Source of the DNA: Phoronis australis
Taxonomy: Eukaryota > Animalia > Phoronida
DNA: 64,000 nucleotides
Direction of reading: 5' to 3'
NCBI GenBank assembly: GCA_002633005.1
Contig: NMRA01000055.1
Coordinates: forward strand, 1,189,429-1,253,428
A program made the translations under genes and the position numbers. Of this stretch, positions 38,166 through 50,600 are shown piece by piece. Below the pieces are notes generated by a model. The model searched no databases and was not told the origin of the DNA. It saw only the letters and a program-made list of their open reading frames with translations. Within the stretch, counting starts at the first letter, position 1. Each line of letters starts with the position of its first letter.

Positions 38166-39353
38166 TTCTACTTCACGCCTGTTATTCCCGGACATGTTTA
38201 GGGAGTATTAATCAGCATGCCGTGTGCCTGTTTGGGGTTTGAAAACCCCGTACCACTCAGTAGGGACTTTATTTGTTACCTATCAAAAGGGTCATCTGGA
38301 ATCGTGGATGTGTCGCTGTGTGTGGTGTCGATGATTTCCCCGAGTGCACTTTGCGATTGCGTAGCTTTATGTCGCGGTAACTGCTTCCTGTGTAATATTA
38401 TCGTGATCACAACGAGGAGACTCTGGCGTATCGTTCATGCAAAGTGACGTATGTAGGAATACGCTCCACAAAACAATTTTAGAAAAATTAAATCTCACTT
38501 GAGCAAAAGCGTAAAGTTTCTGAGAACATATACGTAAGTGATAGCTGAGGTAATTTCTACGGCAATTCTTCACTTATTCAGCACAGAATGGCCGACAAAG
38601 GAAATTCTATTTACTACAAAAGATGTTTAGAAGTTAGTCTATGACTGTCATGCAGATGTAGTTTGTACTATTCAGATGTCATAAACAACTTCCGGTAAAC
38701 TTTACATTAAATTTGTTAATAAAAGGCAGTTGAAATGGTATTTGGTGAAACGTGAAAGCAGATCACTTAAGTTGAGAGTTACTTTAAATTCCGTTTGTTA
38801 TAATTACTGAACTTATCCTGGTTATTGAACTTGTATACGTTTATGTATTAAGTATGGGTGCGTTCTAACTTTTATTCGTTTCACTTACGGTTATAAATTC
38901 GATTCCACCTGGTTCCTTATTCAAAAGTGTTTCCCAGCTTGCGAAAAACTGGTAAGTCTTTACTAATTTATTTGTTACGGCAGTTTTAGTTGCCGAAGCA
39001 GTGAGGCTGGCTAGGAATTCCAGTCGTTTTATTTCAACCAATTTCAATATTCAAACGGGTAGCAACGCTATGGCTCTACGCCTGCGAAAAAAATGTTTTG
39101 ACCCCGGAAATTGATAGCGGCTTTGATGAGAAGGCTATGCACAGAAAGCGAAGTACTGTTTAACGTGGGTGGCGCAGCATAGGGGGCTGGGGGGGAGGGG
39201 GGTTTAGTACTCCACTTTTCAGTGCTGAGTCGCTTATGGTCTATGGGCGGTGCACCACAGGGGGTTAGGGGGGCTATAGGTCGCCCACTTTTTTCAGTGC
39301 TGCGCCGCCAATGTGTTAACACGGTTCTTGAAATTTTCTCCTCTTTTCGACAG

Positions 39354-39694
39354 AGAATGGAGTTGCCAGAGCAGGTCATGAAGTCCCTCATTGACGCCAA
39401 CCAGTCGGTATTTGCCCCGTTGATACCCTGTGCCAAGCCGTTGTACTTTCTTGCTGTAAATTCAACAAAAAGTGCTGAAGATGGCGCCAGTGAGAAGTCC
39501 AAGCCACCGGAGTTGAACGCCCAGCTGCAGCTGTGGTATCCGTGCGATTCGGACGGTTCTAAGCACTATCGCGTTATGTTCTCAGAAACTGTTAACTTCT
39601 TCGGTGGAAATTGGTCGGATGTAACGCACAGTTCACAGTTTGCTTGGAATGATCAAGCGGCATGCTTTGAACTGGAGCTCAAGAAATACGGCGT
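39354..39694 (+). CDS. TIR-ZU5-UPA protein B, exon 4 (ZU5-like)
   Basis: ttcgacag|AGA...GT|gtaagt; RMELPEQVMKSLIDANQSVFAPLIP...YRVMFSETVNFFGGNWSDVT...CFELELKKYG. Confidence 0.85.
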
Positions 39695-41293
39695 GTAAGT
39701 TTGTTTTGCAACAATATAGACAAAACCTCAGGATGTAGGTTTATTGTGCAATACTTGATATTCTCCAATTGTTATGACAATGCTGGTACTTATTTCAACC
39801 GCGTTGATGGAAGGGCGAATATCGTCTCTATTCCCTTCCCAAAAATATTGAAAAATCACGCGAAATTCCCCTCATGAGGCCTAAAAACCCCCAAAAGTGA
39901 TTCGAAATTTCCTTTCGAAGTTCAAATCACTTGTAAACACCCAGGTGACAATTTGAAAGAGCACAAAATGCTGCTTGATACAGATCCTATGAGAGCTTGC
40001 ATCAGGGCGGGGAAAATATTGATGGTGATAGGGAGGTAGAATTTCCGCCTCATTCGGCGAAATAATCCAATCTCAGAACTCACAGCCACCTTTCCACTCG
40101 GATGAACGAGGCTCCTGAAGGAACATGATAACTATGCTTGTTCTTCTCAGTTTACTAAAATTAAGCTCTAAAACGACACGGGTTATTTTCAGGTTAGTCT
40201 TTAAACGAATGAACTAGGTGTTTTAATTTCAAAATTCAACTTGCTCCAGATTAATATTTGAAACCTAACACGTGAAATAGATGCAAGAATTATTAAAAGC
40301 AATATAGCAGAATTGATGTTAAATAAATTTTAGCTTTAATTAACGACCTGTTTTTAATTTTAATAAAAAATAATTTTAATAGCATCAGTCATTCCTGCAG
40401 GTTAATGACAAGTCCCGTAGCCTCTAACTCACTGCAGGACCTACATTGTCAGCTGTGCATGATGATAATATTCTTGATCAACAAATTAAACCAGATTTGG
40501 TCATATTATTTACTTTTCATGTTTCGAACCTAGTTTTCCAAAACAACTTTTACCCTTTCGTCAGACAACTCAGAGTCTTTGCTTCATTGACTTGTTCTGT
40601 AATGTATTTTCTACGTCTCTGTGGTTGATTATTGACACATTTTTAGGATTTAATATCCAGTTTGGACTCGAAAGACCAGGCGTGCGTTCAGTAGACGCGA
40701 GGACCTACGCTAGGACCTAGCTAAAACCTAGTCAAAGTCACGTGTTCTTATTTACAATGCACGGCAATATCTCACGTAATCTCGCGAAGTCTTGCTTTTT
40801 AGCGAGGTCCTAGCGTCACTGAACGGGAGGCAGCTATTTAACTCACTCAATGTCAACTTCCGCTTTGTTTATTGCAGTGAGCCTCGCTTTGGATTTTAAT
40901 GTCCGCCCCTGAATTAGAAGTATAAGGGAACATGTTTGAGTTTGTGATGATACACGAGGTCTTTTAAACAAAAGTGGACTTTCCATCTCATCCCTTGGGG
41001 GCCCCATTGTACACGGTTCCGCACATGACCAGTGTCACGTTGCCACTTGAAAGTCTATCAAGCCGACAATTGGAATTAATTTTTAGGCCTGCTTTTATGT
41101 TAGATACTTAGGTAGGAAAACAAGTTGGTTATTTTGCCTTTGCAGTGTGGTTCACTGAAGGAATGTTTTTTTGAGATTTGACGAATTTCATTTGTCTTAA
41201 TATTTCAAGTAAATCCACCGTATAAATACCCATGGTGTTAAAGATTTTGTTTTGAGCTTGACACTTCTAATGCAACCTTTTCATCCGTTGCAG

Positions 41294-41594
41294 GTATTTA
41301 TTATCTAAGGTAGACCAGACGTCCTTGGAAGACATGACCAAAGTGACGTGTGTTCTTCAGGCCACGGGCGAACTTCTTTGTCAAAACTACCTGAGGATGA
41401 CCGCAATAATCAGCGCAGACCGGCGGAAAATTTCGTTATGTGCCGTGAGACCTTCAGACGAGAAATGTCTTGAAACAGTGTGCATAACCGATTCCCACTG
41501 GCACCGACAGGCATTCGTGCGTCTGCCTAAAGCTTATATTGGCGGCTCTTTAGACTTTACCTTGGACATAAAAGCTGGATGGAAACGCACACGT
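41294..41594 (+). CDS. TIR-ZU5-UPA protein B, exon 5 (3' part lost at assembly N 41595)
   Basis: ttgcag|G; VYLLSKVDQTSLEDMTKVTCVLQATGELLCQNYLRMTAIISADRRKISLCAVRP...DIKAGWKRTR, then N. Confidence 0.82.
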
Positions 41595-42414
41595 NGGACA
41601 GTTGAACCCTAACTTAAACGGAATGTTGCTACTTTAGATGTATTGGACTAGCCAGGTAGTCGTAGCAAAGCCTTAGTTGAATTCGAAAACACGAATTTAA
41701 TCATTCTTTTGGTGATTCCGCTTAAATTTGTCTCTTTCACCTACAGTCAGCAATATATTTTCCCTAGGTGAGGGCTTGGAATTTTAATCTTTTTGAAAAG
41801 ATTTTCTCTTTTTGGCTTCGATTTCCTTCTATTTGATTTCCAGTTTCCTCTTTTTATCATTGTTTTGATTTTATTCATGCAGTAACGTTGATTTCAATTA
41901 AATTTTACAACACAAAAAATATTTTCATGACACAAGCCTATTTATTTGTGGAACAATACAAAAAAACATTTTCCTCTTTTTTGTCATTGGTCGTTCCAAG
42001 CCATGTATTATTCAAGGAAAACTGCCATGGGCACAAAGCCAATCACTGGTGTTAGTCGAGGTGGGCGGTGACTTTGTTCAAAGCGGTCAACAAACCTCAA
42101 CTACTCTGTTTGGACGGGACTTTGTCACGCAAGCTCAGATTTAGCTAAGCAGATGCAAATTTTCCGATATTTGAGGCTTGGCGAGAACAATACTTTGCTT
42201 CAACTAATTGTAAATGATCTATTAGTATTTAATTCTGTTTTCAAAATAAAACGAAATTCATTTTAAATCAGCCAGCATGGATGATACAAAAATCTAGGAA
42301 TTTCTGAACTATCACATTAATTTGTTAAACATGGTGCAAAGACAGGTTAATCTTTGTTGCTGAAATCCAGCCCCAATACTTAACAAGTAAACACTTGTCC
42401 TTTTGATTCACCAG

Positions 42415-42487
42415 GCAAGTCCATTTCACCGTTGCACGGACTCGCTAAGAAGATCACTAAGAGCTTGTGAAGTAACCTGTGAACTAG
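42415..42487 (+). CDS. TIR-ZU5-UPA protein B, exon 6
   Basis: ttcaccag|GCA...G|gtgagt; ASPFHRCTDSLRRSLRACEVTCEL. Confidence 0.78.
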
Positions 42488-43707
42488 GTGAGTGACATGC
42501 AGGTGTGGCATACAAGTACCTGTAGCATTGTTTTGAATAATTCGAATGTGTGTTTGAAATAGCCTCCAATCTCGATTGCTTTGATAAATTGTTGCATGTG
42601 TTTGAATCGATTGGTCAGTTAATTCCACTGCGGGTCTTCGAACACACAACGTCAACACAAGGAACTTGGCGTAGTTGAAACGTCTGTCGTACACAGTGCG
42701 GGCTTCTCTCAAACGTTTTTGTAGGCGTCACCGAGTCAACTACATACTCGCTCGTTCCCTGCGTGCCGCTAGGTAGCCAGGCGCAGCGAACCAGCGAGAA
42801 GCAGATAAGCCACCTGAATGGTTTGTAAGCCGAAGATTGTCATCAAGAACCAATCAGATGCCTTAGACTTCAATCCGCGAAACCGGCAAAGTCGTTCAAG
42901 TGCAGTCAGTGATTCATATTGTTGCTTTTTTGTTCACTTGAGAGATCGTGTGACACTTTAAGACGTTGGTGCTACGGGAGCAAATCACTACGACCAAAAA
43001 CGGTTGCTCGAACGAATTGATCAACTTCCAATATGTCAACATGGTCGAATGTTGAATCTAAGTAAGAACTTTTGAAAAGTGCTACGTGCTCCAGCCACGT
43101 GACATTGATCCCACGTGGCACGGCAGGGCGGAGAATGTCCGTCATCATAGAACTGTTCGCCTGTTTAGTATGACTTTATTATGACGTTTTGGACCCGTTG
43201 AAATGCCAAAATTAAAAATCTAATATTTTGGCCGGATTGTCGTTCATGTGGCGCTATAAATTTCTAAGCACTTCGAAAATTATTACCTGTGCATGGACCC
43301 GGTCAATTAATCCTCAACTCCCCGGCTGCGTGCATTGGGTGCAACTGTCGTTGGAGGACACCAATTTATCTAAACACATAATTTTGTAAACACGCTAAAT
43401 TGTTCCCGTGTTCACCTGAATACAGGGTCTGCTAATTTAGGAAAACTGGTGTAACTGTAGATTTTTATTGCATTTCCTAGTTTTCGGTCCAAAATTGCCT
43501 CATCATCACTAAACATCCGAGTAGACTTTCCTGAAACATACATGTATCTACCTGTGCTTAACTGTTAGTGTGTGTGTTAATCTGGTCTTAAAAAGCCGAG
43601 GAGTATTTTCGAACCTCACAAAGCCGAGGAGGATTTTCGAACCTCACGGAAGACTTTTTTTAGCCCGCTTTCAAGGGATTGTTATGTGATTTGTTATTTT
43701 TTTGCAG

Positions 43708-44018
43708 AGAGCAATGAACTCGATAGCCAGCTTCACAATAGAGACATCAGTGGCCTTGTTTCACAACCAAATTCACGGCGTAAGTGCGAAATGTCCGAGA
43801 TTCACCGACGAAGCTCACGCCTACAAAGGTACGGTGCTCGTCTTGCGGGTCAGGAAAGGATGTCTCTATCTAGAGGCACGTGTGATCAGTGCTCTTCAAC
43901 ATTGCCACCAAGATTTAACCCCGACGGTGTCCTCTTGGCCCGGCATCTGACAAGACTTGAGCCAGCGGAAGATGAAAAGCCGAAAGACCGTCGACGTTCA
44001 CATACACATAGAAAATAA
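43708..44018 (+). CDS. TIR-ZU5-UPA protein B, exon 7 (terminal)
   Basis: tttttgcag|AG; ESNELDS...RRKCEMSEIHRRSSRLQRYG...PPRFNPDGVLLARHLTRLEPAEDEKPKDRRRSHTHRK*. Confidence 0.82.
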
Positions 44019-45319
44019 AAGCAAGTGTGTGCTTTGCCCTGTTAGCTGGCTGAAATGGGAATCGAGTTAGGCGTCTGAGCCTCATTCATGATTGCTTTTT
44101 AGAAAATGTTATTCTGGAATGAAAGGAACGTATGGAGAATGTTTAACTTACGCAATAGCAAAACAATACGAATAAGTTGTTTTAGGGGTGAATACTAAGT
44201 TAGTTCGACTTTATAAACGCAAAAATAGCAGGCTCGATGTTTTTGGTAAGTCGCCGCATGTGATACAATAAAGGTATAAGACTTTGGACTGGATGATAAT
44301 ACAGTGTAGCTTAGAATATTTTGCGACTGTTAAAATTTCCCCCGTCACTAATAGTCCCGCTTTCCCTATGCTATATCTGGAAGACACATCTTTCATGATT
44401 CTAGTTATCTAAAATTAATTGGCCAATGTTTAAAATTCTTTTAAGAGAATCGGCATTTTACCAAAAAGCCGCAAAGCAGTCGCTTTTCGACAACACAAAT
44501 CACGTCCAAATATCTAAAAGCTAATTTCAAATATAAGGGAGTACTTACAGGGTGTTCTGTCGAAACAGGAATCCCGCTGTAAAACAGATATGATGGAGTA
44601 GAAAACAGACTCCCGCACCTTCAAAATCAGACCGAAAAACACGAACCCCGTCCTTTAAAACAAGAGTCCCGAGGATCGGACAGGACACCCGTGGACCGAA
44701 ATACCACCCCCGCACTTTCTGTTCTTACGAAATGTATCAATTTCACATTTTGTTGAAAAAACCTTCCTACTGTAAATAGTTGTTGTGATGTGTTGTTGTA
44801 CTATATGAAGTTTAGACAGCTTATGACTATTGAAGTTCTAACGCGTTTATTCTACTGCTAAAGTTGTGGTGCGCCATGAAATATTGCGTTACCTCTTGGC
44901 CAGTTTCTTTTTTCCCCATCTTCAAAAAATGTTCTTATCCAGGGCGAGGTTGCGTACATATCACATGCTTTCATTTCGTTACAAGTATTTTTTATTTTAA
45001 TACCAGTAAAGCGAATTTGTGAACAAATTTTGCAACAGTGATCTGCCAAATAGAATGCATTGAGTTCATAAATTCCGATTCCAATTTCCGTTTTAATGTT
45101 CAAGGAGGAGTTGACGAAGTACACTTTACTTTCTTGAGGGCAAAGAACGGTGAAATTGTTGACGGTGCAGGTCGTTTTAATGAACAATTCTCGCAGTCCA
45201 TTACGGGATATTTGTTTTACGCCGGGGTTCCTGTTTCGACGAAACACCTTGATTTAATTTACAAAATGTTGCCAGGTTGAGTTTTCGTTATTCAGGTTTT
45301 TCTCACTAATGAATTACTA

Positions 45320-46436
45320 AACAAGAGCAACGCAGAGCGTTGAAATGCGCCCACAATTGCACCGCATACGGTATCCTTCTAGGGTTGTTTATTGGTACCA
45401 CAAAGTGGCCAGTAGAGAGCATATATGTAGTATGTTGTACTTAGCAAAATGGAAAGGCATGGTCATTGTCTCCTCAATAGGCTAGGGGCAAAATGTGAGT
45501 AATCTTCATAATACAAGCACATCCTATACACCAGTTGCTTAAAGCACCACAGAAACATAGAATAAAAACAAATTTACCAACATACGAGATTAGCATAGCA
45601 TTAGAATGCCAGAAACAAATTTCTACTTGGAACTTTTCCTTCATAGTCACGAAGTAACACAAAGTATACACCTGAAGACCTATGAAAATACAGAGGTCAA
45701 TGTAAAATACTATAAATTGCCACTAGAGGCAAATACTAAAATTGCCACTAGAGGCATACCGGTAGTCAGAATCATCCTAAAGTCGTCATCGTCCGTTGTC
45801 AACATCACATCAATACACTTGCTAAATTTAGTAAAGATCCTGCAAACGGTTTGGGAGATACAACCATGGGCGCAAAAAAAACAAAACTGCCACTAGGAGG
45901 TGCCACAGTAGTCCAAATCGTCTGAAAATCATTGTCAGCTGTCTTCCTTATAGTAAGCACATACACGGCAATTTTCACAATCATCCTTTGAGCGGTTTGA
46001 TTGATAGAGGGGTGGACGCAAAAATACAGACTCGAAAACAGTAAAAATGGCCACTAGGTGGCGCAAACTATGTCGAATCTATCTGAAAACGGGAGGATAG
46101 CGTCATCTCACTATTAGGTGCCTACATACCAAATTTCATGAAAATCCGTTCAGGACTTTTGAAGATACAAAGGTAAGCGTAAAAAACTAAAATTGCCACT
46201 AGGGGGCACACCGGTTGTCGGATCCGTCCGAAAGTTCGCACATGCCGTCCCATTCATGAATGGAACATATGTGCCAAATTTCATGAACGTATGTCAAAGG
46301 GTTTTGGAGATAGAGCAGCGGACGCCGGACGCCAGACGCCGGACGCCGGACGCCGCCCGGACGGACGGACGGACGGACGGACGGACGGAGATGACGGCAT
46401 AATGCGTCCACATATAAATATGTGGGCGCATAATAA
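45320..46436. mobile_element. Non-autonomous Helentron-type element (HINE/DINE-1/Pearl-like) with internal ~150-bp tandem array
   Basis: AACAAGAG start, hairpin caacgc-aga-gcgttg, subterminal inverted repeat ATGCGCCCACA (45345-45355) / TGTGGGCGCAT (46421-46431), (GACGCCG)n and (GACG)n microsatellite, terminal hairpin 46402-46431, A-rich flanks. Confidence 0.8.
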
Positions 46437-47736
46437 AATTCCAGATTTTCCTCATGTCTCATGAAATGTTATGTTCGATTTTTACAGGAAATTTACTTTT
46501 TAATACTGTAGTCATCCTCGATAAAATTCAAAACCCCATAAGACGTCTTTTCTTTTCTTTGCATTTACTATTGTAAGTACTGTACATTATTTCCGTAACA
46601 AAAATCACGTATGTATGGTGTAATTTGCTTACTAGACCGAAATTGCTCTTTTATACGAGATAATGTTTACACGTATGTGTCGACCTGCACTTGCAATTAT
46701 ACATGTACATGTAACAGTGTGGTTAAGAATTATCCCAAAAGATGTTTAAATGTCTCAGTTGACTCGTTACAAAAAGAGTAATTATAGTTTTCCTTGACGT
46801 GGATAGTTTTCAAGAAAGAGTTTTTGGATAGAATTCTGTCTAAAAATCTAAACTAGATCCATCTAACTTTCAAATCTTTTGTAACGAAATGAGCACGAGA
46901 GTACAAGTCTCTCCAGTCAAAGTTTTCGTCCCAAGCCGAATCCATACGACAATCTTGATCCTGCTATTGAGCCTTGCCTAAAAAGTTAAAAAGTTCACAA
47001 ATATGTCAACATCCTCCCCCCTGCCCTGTTCTTAATTTAAATAATACTATTTCGTGAACATTGTCCATGAGGCAGAGAAAGCATCCCAGCACATCGTCGA
47101 AGGAATGCAAACGTGTTCTTTCAATGGTACATGTATGTCAAGGGTGTTATGCCACATTCCAGTGTCGGGGGCAGTGTTCCAGAGATTTGAGCTTTGGTTT
47201 TGCCGACTTTCAGATTCACTGAGCATGTTATTTTATATTTTCTGTAAAAACATCACGGACACAGTCGTAAATTCATGCTTGGAGATTAAAAGGAGCAAAA
47301 GACATTGACATAATTTGTTGATTATATTTTTTGCTAAATACATTGTAGATTTCCTTTCGTGTCACAGAAAAATGGCTATTTTCAACAATTTTCTCTGGCT
47401 CATTAAAGTGCTTGGCTTCGGCCTTACAAATGTACCTTTACGCACATGTCTTATTTATTTAACGACGTTGTCTATCCTGTAGATTTTGGCCATGCAGTCT
47501 TACATTCTAGAGGCAGTTACCGTGACCAACACCAAAACAAGCATGGAGGTGCTGTATACTCACATGAATTGTAACAATTTTCAACTTTACATTTCTATAA
47601 CAAGCTTTCTTCTGACAAGGTTCAAGTACACGGATGGTCAGTCCATTGTCATTCAAAATGGAGTTACAAGTTGAATGTTCGCTTTGAAATAAAAACCAAA
47701 GGAAGTAAACGCTTCCTGTCTAGTTGCTGTAAACCA

Positions 47737-47953
47737 GGGACATGTTCCAAGAAACCGACTTAATTCATGTTGAGTGAAGTCTAAGATTTGCACCAACTTC
47801 GAAATTTTGAAATTTTCATATCCGGTACGTTTGACAAAACTTCAGTTAAAAAATCTAAGTCAAACTTAAGACTTCTTTCTTGAAAGGAATTCGAGAGAAA
47901 TTCAAGTTTTATTGGCTGAAATTGAAGATTTGCCTTTCTTGGAACCGGGTCCC
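47737..47953. mobile_element. MITE with GGGAC..GTTCCAAGAAA imperfect TIRs (Harbinger-like)
   Basis: gggacatgttccaagaaa ... tttcttggaaccgggtccc. Confidence 0.55.
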
Positions 47954-49854
47954 ATATTCACAACGTCACTAGAAACAAAGCTGTTTGTTTCGATGAGTCA
48001 ATCATTTGGCTCATCCCACTCGACTATTTATTCACTTGCACTGTAAATATTGCAAGATTTAGCACATTGTCTTGTGCGTGAAAAATCAGCGTCTATTAAA
48101 ATTGTTGTCGTCGTCGTCATCATGATGATTATCATTATTTTTAAATGCTTTTGAATTGTTATTATTATTATTATTAGTATTATGTGCCCAGATAACTTGT
48201 CAACTTGCTTCAAATCATTGGAGTAGATCCCATCAGTTTTGCATAGAACAAGCTTGAATTGAAATAAATTTCTAAATCAAGCATTTAACTCGAAATGTGA
48301 TTTTCTATAAATCTTTATTAAACAAAATATACAGATAACAAAACAGGATTGGCAACTTAAGCAAACCATTCACGCCCACACAAACACACACATGCAACCT
48401 AGTGTGGGGGTCAATTACAACTCCAAGTTACCTCAAGATCAGAGCACCATAACAGGCCAACTTTTACTGAAATCCTCAAATTACAAATATTTCCAAAATG
48501 TCTTTTTCAATTTTGTAATATCCGAAGACATCCCTTCAAGACTGAAATTATGAAGTTCAGATGCATGCTTTATCGTGAAGAGTCTGTCTATGATTCATAA
48601 TGATACAGCTTGGCACTGGCCCGGCGTAGCTCATGGGTGCTCTCCGAATGTGAGGTGGGCAGTAGGGCGGCACCCCAATGGGTGAGGGCAAACCATCAAG
48701 AGACGGAGACTACAATAGTGCCATTGTTTTATCAATTGGCGGTCACCTCTATCCACCAGGTCGCCACAGCTCCCCCATAGCCACTAATTTTTCTCCTGTA
48801 GCTATTATCACCCCTCCTGCCGTCGCCACTACTATTTTCCCCTCTAATTCAGTCTATAATTTTGTTTCAGGGCGCCTCAGAAGGGATACGTTCTCTGTAC
48901 ACAGCGGGAACCGTTTCCTTTGGTTATTGGCGGTACTTATACTTTTAATTGTTGTTAAGAGTCTTGTTTGCTTATTACATTCTTGGAAACATGTTTTCCT
49001 AGATTCATCTGAGCCCAACGTTTTAAGCAAAAATTGTTTGCATGCATAAAATTCAGCATTACAAATGTCACAGTTTCTGTCCAAGATTTTTCATTGATTT
49101 TAACAATCTCCAAGATTTTTGTCATAAAGGAAACTAAACGTTTGATTACAAGATTATTTACTTAATAGTAGTCGTTGTTTGACCAACTTTAAGATTACAA
49201 GAACGCGTAAAGGTTTCAGTGAAAGACGAGCGTTTTTGCCTCTGAAGCCAATATTAAGTTTTTGTACTGATTTTAAGGAACAGCAACATTTTTGTTATAA
49301 AAGAATCAAACTAAATGTTTTATTACAACATTATTTTTCTTAACAATGGTCGGTGCTTGACGAATTATAAGATGGCAAGAACATGTATAGGTACAAGTGC
49401 AAGACGACCATTTTTGCCTCTGCATTCAATGATACGAAGCTTCAGCCTACTTCCGTACTTTCGTTGTATTTCATTTGCATTTAAAACACGTTTGTGAAAG
49501 GGACATTGCGTTTCATTCATTCTACTGAATATTTTATATCAATAATTATAGCCATAATAATCTCACAGCTTTGGATCCCCTGGGAGAGACACAAGGTCTC
49601 CTGTCAAAGTTTGTAAGAAAGTGGAAGTGAGCATTTCTGTGCATTATAAAAACCTTCATTACGTTAAATGTTATTAATTTTACTTTCATTGCTTACGTTT
49701 TGCTTTACATTATATTATCTCAAGACTTTAATAAGTGGAAAATAACGTATTTTGCTACATGTAGACATTCTTGCGTGCCTGTTCGGTAATTTTATTTTTA
49801 TTAACCGAGACTTGTATGAATCTGGTTTGATTTAAAAAACTGCTACCTTAAACT

Positions 49855-50600
49855 CTTGGGACATTCGGGGCACCGAACAGCTTGCCCCCATCCTCTTGCT
49901 TGACAACTTTACAGCAACTCCAATGGTGTGATTTGCCTGAAAGTATGTCTGCGTACTGTCAATTCAGGAGCCTAAAGGAAAGTAAACCAGGTGGATATTT
50001 CATATTTATAGTGTAAGTATTCATTTATACTGTGGGCATTCTGGGCACTGGACAGCTTGCTCCCGTCCTCATTCCCGACAACTTGACAGCAGCTCATGTG
50101 ATGCGATTTGCCGGAAGGTATGACTGCTAAGTGTCAATACCCGAGTGTAAAGGAAAATAATGACTGTAAAGGAAAGTAAATATCGTGGGCATTTCATACG
50201 TTTAATTAATCATTTATAATGTTGGCATTCTGGCCACTGGACAGCTTGCTCCCGTCCTCATTGCCGACAACTAGACAGCAACATATGTGGTAGGATTTGC
50301 CTCAGTGATGGTACATAGTATTTTTACTCTCAACTCTCCCAACTTACATTTGCTTATTATGATTATTGAAGTTGGTGAACCTACCTCCCACTTCAAAAGA
50401 ATTCATTTATACTGTTGGCATTCTGGCCACTGGACAGCTTGCTCCGGCGTCGTCATTCCCGACAACTGGACAGTAACTCACGTGGTGCGATTTGCATGAA
50501 GGTACGCTGTACCCTTACCCTCAAATTTGCTCATCTCAGTTTACATTTACTTACCGTGATTATTGAAGTTGCTGAACCTACCTCCCACTTCAGAAGAAAT
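49855..50600. repeat. Degenerate tandem repeat, ~4 units of ~180-190 bp
   Basis: Core ggcattctggccactggacagcttgctcc...cgacaact.gacag recurs at ~49860, 50035, 50224 and 50416. Confidence 0.8.

Noticed and set aside
15043-44018. Genes A and B as another allelic haplotig pair
   Set aside because: Introns are unalignable and the proteins are far more diverged than the near-identical haplotig blocks, so they are true paralogs.
46193-46462. ORFs with RRTPDA/TDGR repeats
   Set aside because: Translation of the microsatellite in the Helentron-type element.
48678-49330. 123-aa ORF with a hydrophobic stretch and antisense 76-aa ORF
   Set aside because: No splice context or recognisable family; neighbouring frames are full of stops, so this is probably decayed repeat sequence.
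49855-50600. CRISPR-like repeat-spacer appearance
   Set aside because: Units are long and degenerate, the intervening parts are themselves related, and there are no cas genes; this is an ordinary tandem repeat.
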